From contig OY969474.1 in assembly GCA_963700145.1 (NCBI GenBank), positions 4,644,916 to 4,708,915 of the forward strand: a stretch of 64,000 bases of DNA, read 5' to 3'. The position numbers and the translations under genes were made by a program. The notes beneath the pieces are model-generated. The model worked only from the letters and a program-made list of their open reading frames with translations. It ran no database searches and was not told the DNA's origin. Below, one piece after another: positions 38,012-49,456 of the stretch. The stretch comes from an uncultured Acidobacteriota bacterium. GTDB taxonomy: Bacteria; Acidobacteriota; Thermoanaerobaculia; Multivoradales; UBA5704. Every line of letters starts with the position of its first letter. Positions within the stretch are counted from its first letter, which is position 1.

Positions 38012-39097
38012 TCAGTGCCCGCGCTTCCGCGCCTTGCGGCCGCCCACGCGGGTGGCGGTCGCGGGGTCGTTGCGGTCGTCGCGCCAGGTGGGGTGGTTGA
38101 AGTGGATCACGAAGTCGCCGTTATACGAGGCGACGGCGCGGTCGAAGGTCAGCTTCCCGAGGCGGCGCCAGTTCTCGAAGGTGCGGCGCTGGAAGAGCGG
38201 CGTGCCGCGGACCGCGCCGTCGTCCGTCACTTCGATGTCGAAGGCGAGGGTGCGGCGCGGCGTCGGGTCGCCGCGGTCGTAGATCTGGGCCAGCACCTCG
38301 TCGCGAAAGTCCAGGCCGTCGCCGGCGATCCGCGGCTGGTCGGGGGCGACGAGGAGGCGCATGAAGGTGGGCGCCCGCGTCGGCTCGCCGGCGGGCTTGC
38401 CGAGCTCGGCGACGGCGTAGAGCTGGCGGTGCGCGGGCTCCCGGTCGGCCTTCATCAGGACCGCCCCCGTCACGAGGAAGACCGGCACCCCGGCGCCGCG
38501 CCGCCAGGCGCGAGTGTCAGGGGCGTTGCGCAGCTCCGCGTCGTTGATGAAGTCGGTGCGCTCGCCGCCGAAGTCCTCCTGGGTGATGAAGTTGGCGGTG
38601 CGCAGCGGCTCGGCGTGCTGCGGGTCGGTGGTGGGGAAGAGCTTGCCGACCAGCGCCAGCGACCGCGTGTGGCCGCGCCGGGTCTCGGTGCAGCAGGTGG
38701 AGTAGCGCCCCACCGCCAGCGCGCGGCTGCCCTGGCGGAAGTAGCCCGAGTAGCCGCTCTCCTCGGTGATCTCCCAGAGCCCGGTGAGGCAGACGCCGTT
38801 CGGGTGCAGCAGCCGGCGAAACCCCTTGCCGTCCGGCCCCGGGCGCAGGTCGGCGTTCGAATCGACGGTGCGCTCGCTGGCCCGCAGGAACGGATAGGGG
38901 CGCCCGGACGGCAGCACGCCGCGCAGGACGCGCGACAGGGTGACGTCGTAGACCGGCAGCGGCGGCTCGCCGGCGCCGCCCCACACTTTCTGATAGGGAT
39001 TGGCGAAGAGGGCCTCGCGCACGTCCGCGAAGCGCGATCCGGCGTAGGCGCGGTCCTCGTCACCGAGCCCTTGCGCCCCGAGGTCGTCCGGTTTCAT
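38012..39097 (-). CDS. Catalase-related heme protein (small catalase-like peroxidase family)
   Basis: FRRLLHPNGVCLTGLWEIT...AVGRYSTCC resembles the catalase core (R..HAKG.GA.G.FEVT...RFST). Confidence 0.45.
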   Translation of the reverse strand: MKPDDLGAQGLGDEDRAYAGSRFADVREALFANPYQKVWGGAGEPPLPVYDVTLSRVLRGVLPSGRPYPFLRASERTVDSNADLRPGPDGKGFRRLLHPNGVCLTGLWEITEESGYSGYFRQGSRALAVGRYSTCCTETRRGHTRSLALVGKLFPTTDPQHAEPLRTANFITQEDFGGERTDFINDAELRNAPDTRAWRRGAGVPVFLVTGAVLMKADREPAHRQLYAVAELGKPAGEPTRAPTFMRLLVAPDQPRIAGDGLDFRDEVLAQIYDRGDPTPRRTLAFDIEVTDDGAVRGTPLFQRRTFENWRRLGKLTFDRAVASYNGDFVIHFNHPTWRDDRNDPATATRVGGRKARKRGH

Positions 39098-39127
39098 CGG
39101 TCCACCCCCCGGCTCGAGTCTACGCCG

Positions 39128-39871
39128 TCAGACCCGTTGTCGGTCGCCGCGCCGCTGCCTGATCTCCCGGTAGCGCTTCCGCCGCTTGAAGGCGTTCCAG
39201 GCGTGGGGGGCCATGGAGAGGGCGATGAGGAGGACGGAGGCGGCGACGAGCTGGATCATGACCGCGGAGCGCTCGGGGCCGGCGGCGGCGGCGAGGGTGG
39301 CGGAGAAGTAGGTGAAGAAGAGGGTGGCGGGGAGGAGCCCCAGCGCGCTCGTCGCCAGGTAGAGACCGAACGGCACCCCGGCGAGCGCGGCGCCGTAGTT
39401 GACCACCGCGAACGGCAGCGGCATGAAGCGCACCCCGACGAGGCTCCAGAAGCCGCGGCGGGCGATCGCCCGCTCGACGCGCTTGAGGCGCCGCCCGAAG
39501 AGGTGCGCCACGAACTCCCGCCCCAGCACGCGCCCGAGCAGGTAGGTGACGGCGGCGGCCAGGACCGTCCCTAGGAAGCTCCACGCCCACCCCCAGAGGG
39601 TGCCGAAGACGACACCCCCGGCGATCATCATCGGCGCCGCCGGCACGCCGAGCGGGCAGAGCAGGACGTAGCTCGCCACCAGCGCCGCCGGCGCCCACCA
39701 GCTCTCTCGCAGCCGCTCGAAGGTGCGAAGGATCGCCTCGGCGGAGAGCTGGTCGGCGAGCGGCGTCCAGCGCAGGGCCGCGAAGCCGCCGCCGACGATG
39801 GCGATGAGGAACAGGAAACGGACCAGGAGGCGGCGCGGGAGGCGCGGCCGCTCGCTCGGCTCCGGCTTCAC
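39128..39871 (-). CDS. DedA/TVP38 family membrane protein
   Basis: Multi-pass membrane protein with the DedA-type G.VFGTLWGW..SFLG region. Confidence 0.7.
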   Translation of the reverse strand: MKPEPSERPRLPRRLLVRFLFLIAIVGGGFAALRWTPLADQLSAEAILRTFERLRESWWAPAALVASYVLLCPLGVPAAPMMIAGGVVFGTLWGWAWSFLGTVLAAAVTYLLGRVLGREFVAHLFGRRLKRVERAIARRGFWSLVGVRFMPLPFAVVNYGAALAGVPFGLYLATSALGLLPATLFFTYFSATLAAAAGPERSAVMIQLVAASVLLIALSMAPHAWNAFKRRKRYREIRQRRGDRQRV

Positions 39872-39881
39872 GGGCTCGGGG

Positions 39882-40158
39882 TCAGGGAGTGACGGGGAGC
39901 CCCGGCGCGCCGCCGGCCGGCCCGTCGAGGAGGAAGAACTGCCGCAGCTGCTGGTCGAGGATGGTCTGCGAGTTGGGGTCCATGAAGTTGAGGCGCAGCT
40001 CGTTGATGACCATCACCTCGACCTTCTGCCACTCCCCCCAGCAGTCGGCGCAGATCCGCTCCAGGAGCTCCCGTCCCAGCGGTCCCGGCAGCGGCGCCCG
40101 TCCGAGCGCCGGCGCGTCCGGCCGACCGCAACGCGCGCACTGCACGGTCGCCGGCGGG

Positions 40159-40169
<11 letters not shown>
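39882..40169 (-). CDS. yggX: Fe(2+)-trafficking protein YggX
   Basis: VQCARCG...[30 protein letters not shown] matches YggX. Confidence 0.8.
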
Positions 40170-41141
<972 letters not shown>

Positions 41142-41145
<4 letters not shown>

Positions 41146-42494
41146 GAGCGCGCCTCGGCGACGCTCTGCACCCCGGCCGGCTTCGGGCGGCCTTCGGCGC
41201 GCCCGATCGAGACGTAGCGGAACCCCTCCTCGGCCATGCGCTCCGGCTCGTAGAGGTTGCGCAGGTCGACGATCAGCGGCTGCCGCATCGCCGTGTGCAG
41301 CCGCTCCGGCACCAGCTTCCGGAACTGGTTCCACTCGGTGAGGATCACCAGCGCGTCCGCCCCCTCGGCCGCCTCGTAGGGGCCGTCGCAGAAGACGACC
41401 GCGGGGAACAGCAGGCGGCAGGCGTCCATCGCCTCGGGGTCGAAGGCGCGCACCGCGGCGCCGGCGTCGAGCAGCCCCTGCACGATCGGCAGCGCCGGCG
41501 ACTCGCGGATGTCGTCGGTGTTGGGCTTGAAGGAGAGGCCGAGGACCCCGATCGTCTTGCCGGCGAGCTCGCCGACCGCGCCGCGGATCTTTCCGAGCAT
41601 CCGCTCCTGCGTCGCCTCGTTGACCTCCAGCACCGCCTCGATGATGCGGAAGCGCAGCCCCTGGTCGCGGGCGATCTGCGCCGCGGCGCGGGTGTCCTTG
41701 GGGAAGCAGGAGCCGCCGAAGCCCGGGCCCGGGGCGAGGAACCTGGGGCCGATCCGGCTGTCGAGCCCCATCCCCCGGGCGACGACGTCGACGTCCGCCC
41801 CCAGCGCCTCGCACAGCTCGGCGACCTCGTTGATGAAGGAGATCTTGGTGGCGAGGAAGCCGTTCGAGGCGTACTTGATCAGCTCGGCGCTCTCGACGTC
41901 GGTGATGACGAAGGGCACGTGCGCGGCGGCGAGCGGCGAGTAGACGTCGAGCATGAGCTGCACCGCCCGCGGGTCACGCGTCCCGATGACCACCCGGTCG
42001 GGCTGCAGGAAGTCCTCGATCGCCGAGCCCTCGCGCAGGAACTCGGGGTTGCTGACGACGGCGAAGCGGTGGCGGTCGCGCGTCCCCTCCCTGACGATCT
42101 CCTCGATCATCTTGCCGGTGCCGATGGGGACCGTGCTCTTGGTGACGATGACCTTGTAGCCGTTGAGGTGCTCGGCGATCGAGGTCGCGACCTCGCGGAT
42201 GAAGGTCAGGTCGGCGGCGCCGCTCGGCAGGGGCGGCGTGCCGACGGCGATGAACACCGCCTGCGCCTCCTCGATCGCCGGGGCGAGCTCGGTCGAGAAG
42301 CGCAGGCGCCCTTCGTCCATGTTCTTGCGCACCAGCGTGCGCAGACCCGGCTCGTAGATCGGCACCTCGCCGCGTTGGAGGTCCGCGACCTTGGCGGCGT
42401 CCTTGTCGACGCCCACGACCTGCATGCCGAAGTCGGCGAGACAGGCGCCGGTGACCAGGCCGACGTAGCCGCTGCCGACGACGCAGATGTTCAT
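41142..42494 (-). CDS. ugd: UDP-glucose 6-dehydrogenase
   Basis: [20 protein letters not shown] and GGSCFPKD catalytic Cys motif. Confidence 0.9.
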
Positions 42495-43444
42495 GGTTGC
42501 TGTTCCTTGTACCAGGAAACGAACCGCCGCAGCCCCTCGCGGATCGGCACCTTGGGAGCGTATCCCAAGAGCCGGCCGGCCTTGCTCACGTCGGCGTAGG
42601 TGATCGGCACGTCGCCGGGCTGCTCGGGGAGGCGCTCGATCCGCGGCTCGACCTCGAGCTCCTCGGCGAGCCAGCGCACCAGGTCGCCGAGCGCGGTGGT
42701 CTCGGCGCCGCCGAGGTTGACGATCTCGAAGCCGGGGGCGAGGTCGAGCGCCGCCACCACGCCGTCGACGATGTCGTCGACGTAGGTGTAGTCGCGGCGG
42801 CTGCCGCCGTCGCCGTACATCGGCACCGGTTGCCCGCGCGCCAGCAGGTCGGTGAACTTGTGGATCGCCATCTCCGGCCGCTGCGCCGGCCCGTAGACGG
42901 TGAAGAAGCGCAGGCAGGCGGTGCGCAGGCCGTAGAGGTGGTGGTAGTTGAAGCAGAGCAGCTCGCCGGCGCGCTTGGTGGTGGCGTAGGGGCTGATCGG
43001 TTTGTCGACCGGGTCGTCCTCGGCGAACGGCACCTTCTCGTTGATGCCGTAGACCGAGGAGGAGGAGCCGAAGAGGAAGATCGCCGGGCCGTGCCGCCGC
43101 GCCGCTTCGAGGAGACGCAGGGTGCCGATGCAGTTGACGTCCTCGTAGAGGATCGGCTCGGCGAGGCTCGGCCGCACGCCGGCGCGCGCCGCCAGGTGGA
43201 CGACGGCGTCGAAGTGGCCGGAGGCGAAGAGACCGTCGACCAGCGCGGCGTCGCGGATGTCCCCCTCGACGATGCGCAGGTCGGGGCGGCCGCGGAAGGG
43301 CTCGACGTTGCGCCGCTTGCGCGCCGGGTCGTAGAAGTCGTTGAAGTCGTCGAGGACGGTGAGGCGGTCGCCGCGCCCGAGCAGGCGCCGGACCAGGTGG
43401 GAGCCGATGAAGCCCGCTCCGCCGGTGACCAGGACGTGGCTCAT
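42491..43444 (-). CDS. NAD-dependent epimerase/dehydratase (UDP-glucuronate 4-epimerase-like)
   Basis: VTGGAGFIGSHL, YATTKRAGE (YxxxK). 4-bp overlaps with its neighbours suggest an operon with ugd and uxs. Confidence 0.8.
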   Translation of the reverse strand: MSHVLVTGGAGFIGSHLVRRLLGRGDRLTVLDDFNDFYDPARKRRNVEPFRGRPDLRIVEGDIRDAALVDGLFASGHFDAVVHLAARAGVRPSLAEPILYEDVNCIGTLRLLEAARRHGPAIFLFGSSSSVYGINEKVPFAEDDPVDKPISPYATTKRAGELLCFNYHHLYGLRTACLRFFTVYGPAQRPEMAIHKFTDLLARGQPVPMYGDGGSRRDYTYVDDIVDGVVAALDLAPGFEIVNLGGAETTALGDLVRWLAEELEVEPRIERLPEQPGDVPITYADVSKAGRLLGYAPKVPIREGLRRFVSWYKEQQP

Positions 43445-44646
43445 CGGCCGGGCGGCGGCTCGGTGGTCGCGGCGGGCGGCGGCTCCGTCGCGCCCGGCGG
43501 CTCGGGGGCGGGCTCCCGTCCCTGCCCCTGCGCGTCCTCGTAGCGCTTCTCGATCCCCTTCTTCTGCCGGCTGCGGATCAGCCAGCGCAGCAGCGGCGAC
43601 TCGTCGACGCCGACCAGGATGTCGTTGACGGCGTCGTAGATCTGCGGGTCGTTGATCAGCTTGGCGGCCGCGCCCTCGCCGCGGTTCACCTTGTCGGCCA
43701 CCTCGTTCAGGCTGCGCACGAAGCCGCGCAGCTCGTCGGTCATCTCGCGGCCGTAGGCCTCGTCGTTGACCAGGCGCGGCAGGAGACCCTCCTGGGACTG
43801 CAGGTTGGTCGAGAACTCCTGGAGGTCCTGCACCACCTGGCGAGCGCTCGCCAGCGTCTGGTCGAACTCGGCCTTCATCTGGGGGTCGTTGATCAGGCCG
43901 GGGAGGAGCCCGGGGCCGCTCTGCGCCTGCGCGATCAGGGCCTCCAGCCGGTCCACCGCGCCGGCGAACTGGTCGGAGAGCGCCGGGTCGTTGAGCAGCC
44001 GCGGCATGAGCCCCTTGCCGGTCTCCAGTTTCTCGGCGATCCGCTCGACGGTCTCGAAGGTGCCGACCATCGACTCGCGGAGCTGGCGCCCGGCCGGGGA
44101 GTCCGAGGTGAGCTCGCCCAGGAGCCCCTCGCCGCGTTCCATCCGCCCGAGGATCGTCGACAGCGACGCGGAGATCTCCACCACGTTCGCCATCACGTCC
44201 TCGCCCGAGGCGAGGAGGGCGTCGACGTTGGTCGCCGCGGCGGGCTCGATCCGCCCGCCCTCGGGCACCGGCGGCAGCCCCTGCGAGCCGGAGGTGAGCT
44301 CGATGTACTTGTCGCCGAGGAGGCCGAGCGTCTTGATGCGCGCCCGCGTGTCGGCCCGCACGCGGTCGGCGTAGCGGCTCTCGACGGTGATCCAGACGCG
44401 GATGAAGCGCTTGGCCGGGTCCTCGGGGAGCACCACGTCCTCGACCGTGCCGGCGTCGACGCCGTTGAGCTGCACCGGGTTGCCGGTGCGCACCCCGGAG
44501 GCGTTCTGGAAGTCGATGTAGTAGCGGTTCTTGCGCGCGAAGAGGTTGTTGCGGTCGCCGATCAGGAAGACGCTCAGGGCGAGCACGGCGACCGCCGCCA
44601 GCACCAGCAACCCCACCTTCAGCTCGCGGCCGACCTTACGCCGCAT
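43441..44646 (-). CDS. mlaD: MlaD/MCE-domain protein
   Basis: N-terminal transmembrane helix plus MCE domain, and a long coiled C-terminal extension. Confidence 0.8.
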   Translation of the reverse strand: MRRKVGRELKVGLLVLAAVAVLALSVFLIGDRNNLFARKNRYYIDFQNASGVRTGNPVQLNGVDAGTVEDVVLPEDPAKRFIRVWITVESRYADRVRADTRARIKTLGLLGDKYIELTSGSQGLPPVPEGGRIEPAAATNVDALLASGEDVMANVVEISASLSTILGRMERGEGLLGELTSDSPAGRQLRESMVGTFETVERIAEKLETGKGLMPRLLNDPALSDQFAGAVDRLEALIAQAQSGPGLLPGLINDPQMKAEFDQTLASARQVVQDLQEFSTNLQSQEGLLPRLVNDEAYGREMTDELRGFVRSLNEVADKVNRGEGAAAKLINDPQIYDAVNDILVGVDESPLLRWLIRSRQKKGIEKRYEDAQGQGREPAPEPPGATEPPPAATTEPPPGR

Positions 44647-45391
44647 CCTCGTCCTCCTCGCGCCCGGCCAGGAAGGCCGCGAACTCGGGATGGCGGGTGC
44701 CGTCCGCCTCCTCCCAGCCGCCCAGGAAGGCGAAGCGGCCGCGGGTGAGGAAGCCGACGCGGTCCCCGACCTCGCGGGCGAGGTGCAGGTCGTGGGTCAC
44801 CACCACCGCCGTCACCCCCAGCTCCTGCTGGATGCCGCGGATCAGCTTGCCGATGGTGGCGGAGGTCATCGGATCGAGCCCGGTCGTCGGCTCGTCGAAG
44901 AGCATCACCTCCGGCTCGAGGGCCAGCGCGCGGGCGAGGGCCACCCGCTTCTTCATCCCCCCCGAGAGGTCGGCGGGCATCTTCCGCTCCGCCCCCTTGA
45001 GCTTCACCACTTCGAGCTTCTGCTTCACCTTCTCGGCGATCTCCTTCTCCTCGAGCCCGCTGTGCTCGCGCAGCGGGAAGGCGACGTTGTCGAAGACGGT
45101 CATCGAGTCGAACAGGGCGCCGCTCTGGAAGAGCATGCCGATCCGCCGCCGCACCGCGAAGAGCTCCCGTTCCTCCAGCGCGGAGATCGTCTGCCCGTCG
45201 AAGTCGATGGTGCCGGCGTCCGGTTTCTCGAGGCCGTTGAGCTGCCGCAGCGTCACGCTCTTGCCGCTCCCCGACCGCCCCAGGATGACCAGCGACTCGC
45301 CGCGCGCGACGTCGAAGTCGACGCGGTCGAGGACCGTCCGCCGGCCGTACCGCTTGACCAAACCGCGGACTTGGTAGAGCGCTTCCTGCAA
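44636..45391 (-). CDS. mlaF: ABC transporter ATP-binding protein MlaF-like
   Basis: GRSGSGKSV Walker A, LSGGMKKRVALARAL signature, and MLFDEPTTGLD. Confidence 0.9.
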   Translation of the reverse strand: MQEALYQVRGLVKRYGRRTVLDRVDFDVARGESLVILGRSGSGKSVTLRQLNGLEKPDAGTIDFDGQTISALEERELFAVRRRIGMLFQSGALFDSMTVFDNVAFPLREHSGLEEKEIAEKVKQKLEVVKLKGAERKMPADLSGGMKKRVALARALALEPEVMLFDEPTTGLDPMTSATIGKLIRGIQQELGVTAVVVTHDLHLAREVGDRVGFLTRGRFAFLGGWEEADGTRHPEFAAFLAGREEDEDAA

Positions 45392-45412
45392 GGACCGGAC
45401 CTCCGCGGCGAT

Positions 45413-46179
45413 TCAGGCGACGAGATAGAAGAGCTTGGTGAGGAAGAAGTCGGCGACGAGGACCAGGATCGCCGCCAGCACCACGGTGTTCGTCGTGGCG
45501 CGGCCGACCCCGTCGGCCCCCCCCTGCGTGGTGAGGCCATTGTAGCAGCCGACGATGGCGATGAAGTAGGCGAAGAAGAGCGCCTTGCCGAGGCCGGAGA
45601 AGATGTCGCCGAAGGTGAGCGAGTCGAGGACGTCGTTGAGGTACAGCCCGGCGGGCAGGCCGAGCTGCACCCGCGCCACGACGAGCCCGCCGAGGATGCC
45701 CAGGAAGTCGCCGATCATGGTCAGCGCCGGCACCATGACCAGGGTGGCGACGAGCTTCGGGACGACCAGCTTCTTGATCGGGTTGGCGGCCATCGAGCGC
45801 AGGGCGTCGATCTGCTCGGTCACCTTCATGGTGCCGATCTCGGCGGTCATGCCGGCGCCGATCCGCCCGCCGACGATGAGCGCGGTCAAGACCGGCCCCA
45901 GCTCGCGCACCAGCGACTTCGACACCACCGAGCCGATGTAGTACTTGATACCGAGCGACGGCAGGCTGTAGGCGGTCTGCAGGGCCAGCACCATGCCGGT
46001 GAAGATCGTGGTGATGCTGGCCACCCCGAGCGAGCGGACGCCGATCTGCTCCATCTGCCGGAACCACTCCCGCCAGTCGTAGGGGGGCGGACCATGGCGG
46101 CGAAGGCGCGCCCGGTCAGGATCGCCAGCTCGCCGGTGCGCTCCGCGAAGAGGCGCGCCGTCACGAGCGGATCGGCCAC
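45413..46179 (-). pseudogene. mlaE: MlaE-family ABC permease interrupted by a frameshift in a homopolymer run (possible sequencing error or genuine pseudogene)
   Basis: N-terminal segment (VTARLFAERTGELAILTGRAFAAMVRPP) and C-terminal segment (MEQIGVRSLGV...LTKLFYLVA) are in different frames. One extra C in the GGGGGG/CCCCCC run at about 46082-46087 would give a continuous ...MVRPPYDWREWFRQMEQIGV..., matching the MlaE consensus. Confidence 0.7.
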
Positions 46180-46568
46180 CAGAAGAGGGCGTGGCCGAGG
46201 GCGAAGGCGCCGTCCACCGCCGACAGCGGCAGCAGCCCGGCGAGGTCCGGGCGGGGCAGGGCCACCGCCAGGAACATGAGGCTGGCGAGCAGGCGGCCGC
46301 CGATCGCCACCGCGATCACCGCGCTGTAGCGGCGCGGGTCGCGCGCCGCCTCCAGGTAGAGCGCGGCGAGCATGGCGAGGAGGACGGCCAGCGTCCAGAG
46401 GTAGAAGCGCTCCCCGGGCAGGGGGAGGTCGAGCCAGGAGGCCGGGAGGTCCGGCCGCACCGCCAGGAGCAGCGCGAACCCGGCGTCGTAGAGCGCCCCG
46501 GCGACCAGCGAGAGCCGGAGCAGTCGGAGGAAGCGGAAGCGGCGCGCGAAGCGCGCGGGAAGGCCCAT
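46161..46568 (-). CDS. Hypothetical small membrane protein
   Basis: Four hydrophobic segments. Immediately upstream of and co-oriented with mlaE. Confidence 0.35.
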   Translation of the reverse strand: MGLPARFARRFRFLRLLRLSLVAGALYDAGFALLLAVRPDLPASWLDLPLPGERFYLWTLAVLLAMLAALYLEAARDPRRYSAVIAVAIGGRLLASLMFLAVALPRPDLAGLLPLSAVDGAFALGHALFWWPIRS

Positions 46569-46650
46569 TGGGCAAGGAGCTTAGCAACCCACGAGCCAAT
46601 CGACCGCCCGCTCCGGCGGGGCAACCCGCAAGCCAATCGACCTCCCGGCG

Positions 46651-47430
46651 GTGAGAGAATGCGCGCCCGTGCCTCCCGACAGCCCGCGCCGGACGCTCGC
46701 CGCGCGCCTCGCCACGGCGGTGGCGACGGTCTCGGGCAACGCCTTCCTGGTGGTCGGCACGGCGGTGCTGTCGACGATCGCCATCGTGGTCGCGTTCATC
46801 CCGCCGCGCGGCACCTGGTCCTTCCTCGTCGCGCGCCTCTGGTCGCGCGGTCTGCTGGCCGCGGCGGCGGTGCGAGTGCGGGCGGAGGTGGACCCGGCGA
46901 TCGACCCCGCGGGCCGCTACGTCTTCCTCGCCAACCACCAGAGCCTCTTCGACATCCCCCTCATCCTCGGAACCTCGCCGGGGCAGCTCCGCATGGTCGC
47001 CAAGCGCAGCCTCTTCAAGGTCCCGATCTTCGGCTGGGCGATCGCCGCCGCCGGCTACATCCCGGTCGACCGCGCGGACCGCTCGAGCGCCCGCCAGACC
47101 TTCAGCGGCGCGGCGGCGCACCTACGCGCCGGCACCTCGATCCTCCTCTTCCCGGAGGGTACCCGCTCGTTCACCGATGAGCTGCTGCCCTTCGAGCGCG
47201 GCGGGTTCCTGCTGGCGCTCAAGAGCGGCCTGCCGATCGTGCCGGTCGGGGTGAGCGGCACGCGGGCGATCCAGCCGCGCCGCAGCGTCGTCATCCGCCC
47301 CGGCGCCGCCGTCGTGCGCTACGGCGCGCCCATCGAGCCGGCCGAGTTCGGCGTGCGGCGGAAGGGGGAGCTGATGGAGGAGGTGCGGAGGCGGGTGGCC
47401 GAGCTGGCGGGTCTGCGCTACCCTTCGTGA
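46651..47430 (+). CDS. plsC: 1-acyl-sn-glycerol-3-phosphate acyltransferase
   Basis: NHQSLFDIP (HxxxxD) and FPEGTRS motifs. Confidence 0.85.
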   Translation: MRECAPVPPDSPRRTLAARLATAVATVSGNAFLVVGTAVLSTIAIVVAFIPPRGTWSFLVARLWSRGLLAAAAVRVRAEVDPAIDPAGRYVFLANHQSLFDIPLILGTSPGQLRMVAKRSLFKVPIFGWAIAAAGYIPVDRADRSSARQTFSGAAAHLRAGTSILLFPEGTRSFTDELLPFERGGFLLALKSGLPIVPVGVSGTRAIQPRRSVVIRPGAAVVRYGAPIEPAEFGVRRKGELMEEVRRRVAELAGLRYPS

Positions 47431-47431
47431 C

Positions 47432-48523
47432 ATGGCGAACGAGCTCGAAGACCGCGTCTGGCAGGCGCTCAAGGGAGTGAAGTACCCGGGCATGACGCGG
47501 GACATCGTCTCCTTCGGCTTCGTGCAGCGGGTGGAGGCGCGGGGCGGCGAGGTCGAGGTGGACCTCCAGCTCGCGACGCAGAAGCCCGAGGCCGCCGAGC
47601 AGGTGCGCGGCGAGGTGGAGCGGGCGGTGCGCGCGCTCCCCGGCGTCAGCGGCGCGCGCGTGGGCTTGAACGTCACGCGCCACCCGCCGCGCGAGGAGGC
47701 GGCGCAGCGGGCGATCGCGCAGGACCCGCAGCTCATCCCTGAGGTGCGCTACGTGGTGGCGGTGGCGAGCGGCAAGGGCGGGGTGGGGAAATCGACCGTC
47801 GCCGCCAACCTGGCGGTGGCGCTCTCCAAGCTCGGCCACCGCGTCGGCCTCCTCGACGCCGACATCCACGGCCCCTCGATGCCGATGATGTTCGGCATCA
47901 ACGAGCGGCCGTTCGTCGAGGGCAACCGCATCCGCCCGTTCGACAAGCACGGCGTGACGGTCATGTCGCTCGGCTTCATCCTCGACGTGGACACGCCGGT
48001 CATCTGGCGCGGCCCGATGGTCATGCGCGCCATCGAGCAGATGCTCGGCGACGTGATGTGGGGCGAGCTCGACTACCTGGTGATCGACCTGCCCCCGGGC
48101 ACCGGCGACGCGCAGCTTACGGTCACCCAGAAGATCCCGCTCTCCGGCGCGGTGATCGTCACCACACCGCAGGACGTGGCGCTGATCGACGCCCGCAAGG
48201 GGCTGGCGATGTTCAAGAAGGTCAACGTGCCGGTGGTGGGGATCGTCGAGAACATGGCGACCTTCGTCTGCCCGCACTGCGGCCAGTCGACCGACATCTT
48301 CAAGTCCGGCGGCGGCCGGCGCACCGCCGAGCTCCTCGGCACCGCTTTCCTCGGCAGCATCCCGCTCGACCCCAAGATCGTGGCGGGCGGCGACGCCGGC
48401 GTGCCGATCGTCGTCGCCGAGCCTGACGGCCCGCACGCCGCCGCCTTCCGCGACGTCGCGAGCGCGGTCGTCGCCGAGGTGGCGCGCCAGGAGGAGCTGC
48501 GGCCGAAGCTGTCCATCGTGTGA
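47432..48523 (+). CDS. apbC: Fe-S cluster carrier ATPase Mrp/ApbC (NBP35 family)
   Basis: SGKGGVGKST deviant Walker A, CPHCG cluster-binding Cys pair, and N-terminal DUF59-like domain. Confidence 0.9.
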   Translation: MANELEDRVWQALKGVKYPGMTRDIVSFGFVQRVEARGGEVEVDLQLATQKPEAAEQVRGEVERAVRALPGVSGARVGLNVTRHPPREEAAQRAIAQDPQLIPEVRYVVAVASGKGGVGKSTVAANLAVALSKLGHRVGLLDADIHGPSMPMMFGINERPFVEGNRIRPFDKHGVTVMSLGFILDVDTPVIWRGPMVMRAIEQMLGDVMWGELDYLVIDLPPGTGDAQLTVTQKIPLSGAVIVTTPQDVALIDARKGLAMFKKVNVPVVGIVENMATFVCPHCGQSTDIFKSGGGRRTAELLGTAFLGSIPLDPKIVAGGDAGVPIVVAEPDGPHAAAFRDVASAVVAEVARQEELRPKLSIV

Positions 48524-48700
48524 CCCGGAAGCCGTTCATGGACGCGGCTACGGGAAACGGCGCGCGAAAGCCGGACGGCCGGAGGAGGTCGCGCGCCTCC
48601 GCTTCGCTTCGCGCCGATTCGGCAACCGCCTGCCGTGGGATTGCCAGCGCTCGCTCAGAGGTTCCCTCCGCCGCGTCCATGAACGGCTTCCTCCGGCGGG
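48524..48700. repeat. Intergenic element with 22-bp perfect terminal inverted repeats (CCGGAAGCCGTTCATGGACGCGGC ... GCCGCGTCCATGAACGGCTTCC) flanking a GC-hairpin-containing core of about 120 nt
   Basis: Seen directly in the sequence. Its core shares a TTGCCAGCGCTYGC block with the element at 49457..49627. Confidence 0.6.
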
Positions 48701-48707
48701 AGTAAAG

Positions 48708-49382
48708 GTGCCCACCGCCCTCATCGCCGACGCCCACCTCGGAGGGCCGGGCGGCCCGCCCGGGCCGCTGGTCGAGCAGCTCGATTCCCTCCAGCCGGAG
48801 CGCTGCGACCGCTTGGTCCTTCTCGGCGACCTCTTCCAGGCCTGGGTCGGCTCGCGCAAGTTCGAGACCGCCGGCATCGCCGAGGTCGTCGCCGCCCTCC
48901 GCCGCGTCCGCGCCCGCGGCATCCCGGTCCACTACATCGAAGGCAACCGCGACTTCTTCCTCGCGAGCAGCCCGTACGCCGACGCCTTCGACACCATCGG
49001 CTCCGAGGTCGCCTTCGAGAGCGCCGGCCGCCGCTACCTAGCCGTCCACGGCGACGGCCTCAACGACCGCGACCTCCAGTACCTAGCCTGGCGCGCCCTC
49101 TCCAAGAGCCGCCTCTCCCGCCTCCTCGTCCTCCGCACCCCCCGCCGCTTCGCCCAACGCGTCGTCGAGAAGACCGAGCGGAAGCTCTCGAAGACCAACT
49201 TCAAGCACAAGGCCGCTCTCCCCGAAGCCGCCATCCGCACCTACGCCGAGCGCCGCCTCTCCGAAGGCCACGACACTCTGCTCCTGGGGCACTTCCACGA
49301 GCCGCAGACTTGGCAGGTGAAAGGTGGTGAGGTTCGCCTTCTGGATGCGTGGTTTCACTCGCACCAAATCGAGTGGGTGTAG
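48708..49382 (+). CDS. Calcineurin-like metallophosphoesterase, LpxH-like (UDP-2,3-diacylglucosamine hydrolase family)
   Basis: ADAHLGG...LVLLGDLFQAWVG...GNRDFF...HGD motifs match the LpxH-type phosphoesterase motifs. Confidence 0.65.
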   Translation: MPTALIADAHLGGPGGPPGPLVEQLDSLQPERCDRLVLLGDLFQAWVGSRKFETAGIAEVVAALRRVRARGIPVHYIEGNRDFFLASSPYADAFDTIGSEVAFESAGRRYLAVHGDGLNDRDLQYLAWRALSKSRLSRLLVLRTPRRFAQRVVEKTERKLSKTNFKHKAALPEAAIRTYAERRLSEGHDTLLLGHFHEPQTWQVKGGEVRLLDAWFHSHQIEWV

Positions 49383-49384
49383 GT

Positions 49385-49425
49385 TCCCCCGCCCAGATCC
49401 TTCGCTTCGCTCAGGATGACAGGGC
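49385..49425. repeat. REP-like palindromic repeat, half copy
   Basis: TCCCCCGCCCAGATCCTTCGCTTCGCTCAGGATGACAGG. Confidence 0.7.
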
Positions 49426-49456
49426 ACCAGCAGCGCCGTAGGCCACGGACGGTGCA

